Part shown: in pieces, positions 61,540 through 64,000 of the stretch
Position numbering within the stretch: the stretch's first letter is position 1
Layout of the letters: each line of letters begins with the position of its first letter
From: Felis catus
Lineage: Eukaryota
DNA length: 64,000 nt
Direction of reading: 5' to 3'
NCBI RefSeq assembly: GCF_018350175.1
Contig: NC_058368.1
Span: 225,806,001-225,870,000, forward strand
Translations under genes and position numbers: made by a program
Notes under the pieces: generated by a model
Seen by the model: only the letters and a program-made list of their open reading frames with translations
What the model was told of the DNA's origin: nothing
Database searches by the model: none

Positions 61540-62442
61540 GATTGATCTGGAAGGGGAAAGGGACATTTTCACAAAGTGACTCATCTCTGACTCGTTTGAA
61601 ACTTGGTATAAAAAGAGAGCCCCAAACAGAACACTATGTTGCCCCAAGGAAGGTGAGGCTCAGCGTCTCGGGCCACAAGAAGCCGGCACTCCGGTGGCGC
61701 CTCCTGGTCCCTGGCCTCGCGAGGAGTTGCTCACGTGGCTAATTGGTCTGAGAAAGTGCAGGTTTCAAGTTGAGTGCTATGTAATTTCTTAATCTCGTGT
61801 TTGCTTACTTAATCCTCAGGTTGACACATCTTATTTGCTTTGTCACGGCTCTAATTCTGTGAGTGTTTGTGCAGAGAAACAGATCTCTGTTTCTATTTTG
61901 TTTCTCTGCCTACACACACTCACGCGAACACGCATGCACGCGGAGGAACATATTATGTATCCACGGGATTCAGAAAAATTCTAACACGTTGCACTAAGAA
62001 ATGTTAAAATCTGTAACTGGATATTGACTGACCTTTCTAAGAAAAATTTGACAGGAATTAACATCAACAGATGTTCTCTACCGCAGAGAGCATGAGACCG
62101 TTAGTCACTAGCCGAGAATGAAAAGCTACGTCGGGCTCGCGGCCAAGGCGTATTTATAGGTGTGATGGTAGAAGCGGCCGTATGTCATGGTTGGTAGGGG
62201 ACAATTTAGGCTCTAACTGATCCTTTTTAAAAAGTTTGCCGATAAGGGATACTGACGTAGTCAACTTCCCGAAAAATATTGTTTGGCTTCCATTTGTAAC
62301 TCCTATGAATAAAAATAAAATCAAAGAGTGTGAAATAAGGTATATTCTCCAGAGGTAGTGCGACAGAATCCTTCTATCCATCTTTGGAGGTGAGTATTGC
62401 AGTATGAGTTCCTGGAGATGTGGAAAATCTAAAAAGTGATTA

Positions 62443-62445
<3 letters not shown>

Positions 62446-62532
<87 letters not shown>
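62446..62532. repeat. Compound (GT)n(AG)n microsatellite
   Basis: GT 62446-62486, AG 62487-62532. Confidence 0.97.
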
Positions 62533-62537
<5 letters not shown>

Positions 62538-63179
62538 AACAATATCTGAAAATGTTCTCTAGTGACTTGAGGTTGCCCAACAAAAACAAAAAAGGGACTC
62601 CTTTTCCTCTGTCCCATGTGAAGGTTGGATATTTGTTGATCTTGACATTCTGGCCCACTCAAGTTGACAGGGTCCCAGTCCTATACCCTGTGGGTGTTAC
62701 AAATGCTCTCGAGTCCTGTGAGGGTCATGTCTGCAGGAGGCGCTCGTGGATTCAGGGATCCCCATGGAGAAGTCAAATATTAGGACCCGCGTTTTGCCAG
62801 GAGGAATTCTACACAAACCACTGATTTCCAGTTTAGAATGCTTCTTGGAATAAAGGAGACATACTTCCCCTAATTGCCTAATTTTGAAGACAGTTTGCAA
62901 GAACTGTCCATCGCATGAACAATGAACTTCTCCATTTGCAAGAAAAAGAATCGAAAACTATTCCATATAAATGAAAGTTGGTTTCCAAATTTTTAGGGCT
63001 TTTTGTCGATTATTTTGTATATTTTTATGTGTCTAAGGGAATACATGCTAATTGTTGCTGCTGTCAGGTATAGAAGCATTAAGATAAGTCCATAAAAAGC
63101 ATGCACGGTGTCGCTAAATAACCACCGCTGACTACATTTGATACTCTTTTTTTCATCTTAATTTGCATTTATTGCGTAC

Positions 63180-63310
63180 ACCCATTCATTCAATGTTTTA
63201 TCGCCTCATAGATGTCAAGTTCTGTTAGCTGCCGAAGACAGAGCCGTGCCTGTGAATTCCTTTATGGAATTGAAAGTCTAATGGGGAAGCCAACCTGACA
63301 AACATAAATT
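63180..63310 (-). mobile_element. L2 3' fragment
   Basis: cattcattcaatgtttta...agtctaatggggaag. Confidence 0.55.
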
Positions 63311-63899
63311 ACAATTGAAAATTGCTGCCAAAGACCCTTCTCATGTGAGAAGATGCCATCGCTGTCCGCAGCAGGGGCTCTGGCAGGTTGCTACCCCTTT
63401 TCCCCCTGCTGTCTCTTGGGTAAACTAGATGTTGGAGGCCCTCCAGTCCCTACCTTGCAGGTGTGGTACTGATGGCGGCCGGGCTGGGGCTCAGGTGGAG
63501 AGGACCCAGTGGGAAATGCACAGAGTGCTTAACACCTGAGAGTCTGGCCCAGGAATGCTCAGCGCGTGGTAACTGCGGACATGGTCACCATTGCCACACG
63601 CTGTGGAATCACTCTGTGGGACCTGAACTAGAAACAGCTGACGTGGTGGAGACGGAAGACAGGCATCTGAACCCCTGGGTCCTCAGTTTCACCTGGGAAC
63701 CAGAGCTGCGTTTCAGAAGTTTTATTTCGGCGGCTTGGCATTTAGGGGTTCCAGATCTTTCGCTTGTTACTCCTCTACTGTTGTTTCCTCCTCATCTTTG
63801 CAATGACCCCCGTCTTCCAGTCCAGAGTGTTCGTCCTGCATCTCACTGCACATTAGGAGCATTCTCAGTTTCATGCAGTGGGGGCCTCTTCCATTGGGG

Positions 63900-63968
63900 A
63901 TTAGTTCTGTGACCTTGAGCAAGGGAGTTAATGTGTCTAGGCCTCAGTGTCCTCTGCTGTGAGACAGA
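63900..63968 (+). mobile_element. MIR fragment
   Basis: ctgtgaccttgagcaag...ggcctcagtgtcctc. Confidence 0.6.
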
Positions 63969-64000
63969 ACTCCGTAATCTCATTCCGTCACTCTTTTGAG

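Noticed and set aside
1..64000. Host gene, exact species, NUMT, processed pseudogene or endogenous viral ORF
   Set aside because: No recognisable exon, mitochondrial or viral coding sequence. Locus and species need a BLAST of the unique blocks, which I cannot run.

Overview
Mammalian, almost certainly felid (cat-family), non-coding genomic DNA, either a large intron or intergenic sequence. The lineage call rests on 36 tRNA-derived Can-SINEs of feliform type, a young felid L1 3' end and a carnivore Tigger2a. I find no host protein-coding exon, RNA gene, CRISPR array or viral ORF. The only recognisable protein sequences are L1 ORF2 C-terminal remnants; the other tracked ORFs are chance frames or SINE/microsatellite translations. 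The window is a layered transposon record: L2, MIR, old L1M, MLT1 and MER31 LTRs, hAT/Tigger elements and several SINE ages, many with readable target-site duplications (TSDs). Unique spacers hold a strong CTCF motif, a CpG-retaining patch and a few candidate micro-exons. I see no convincing novel biological system. The best leads are a triple-nested insertion, closely spaced inverted SINE pairs, a pyrimidine-only 5' edge on long G-runs and the candidate regulatory elements. Repeat subfamily names are from memory of consensus sequences and need RepeatMasker/Dfam confirmation; boundaries of old elements are approximate.
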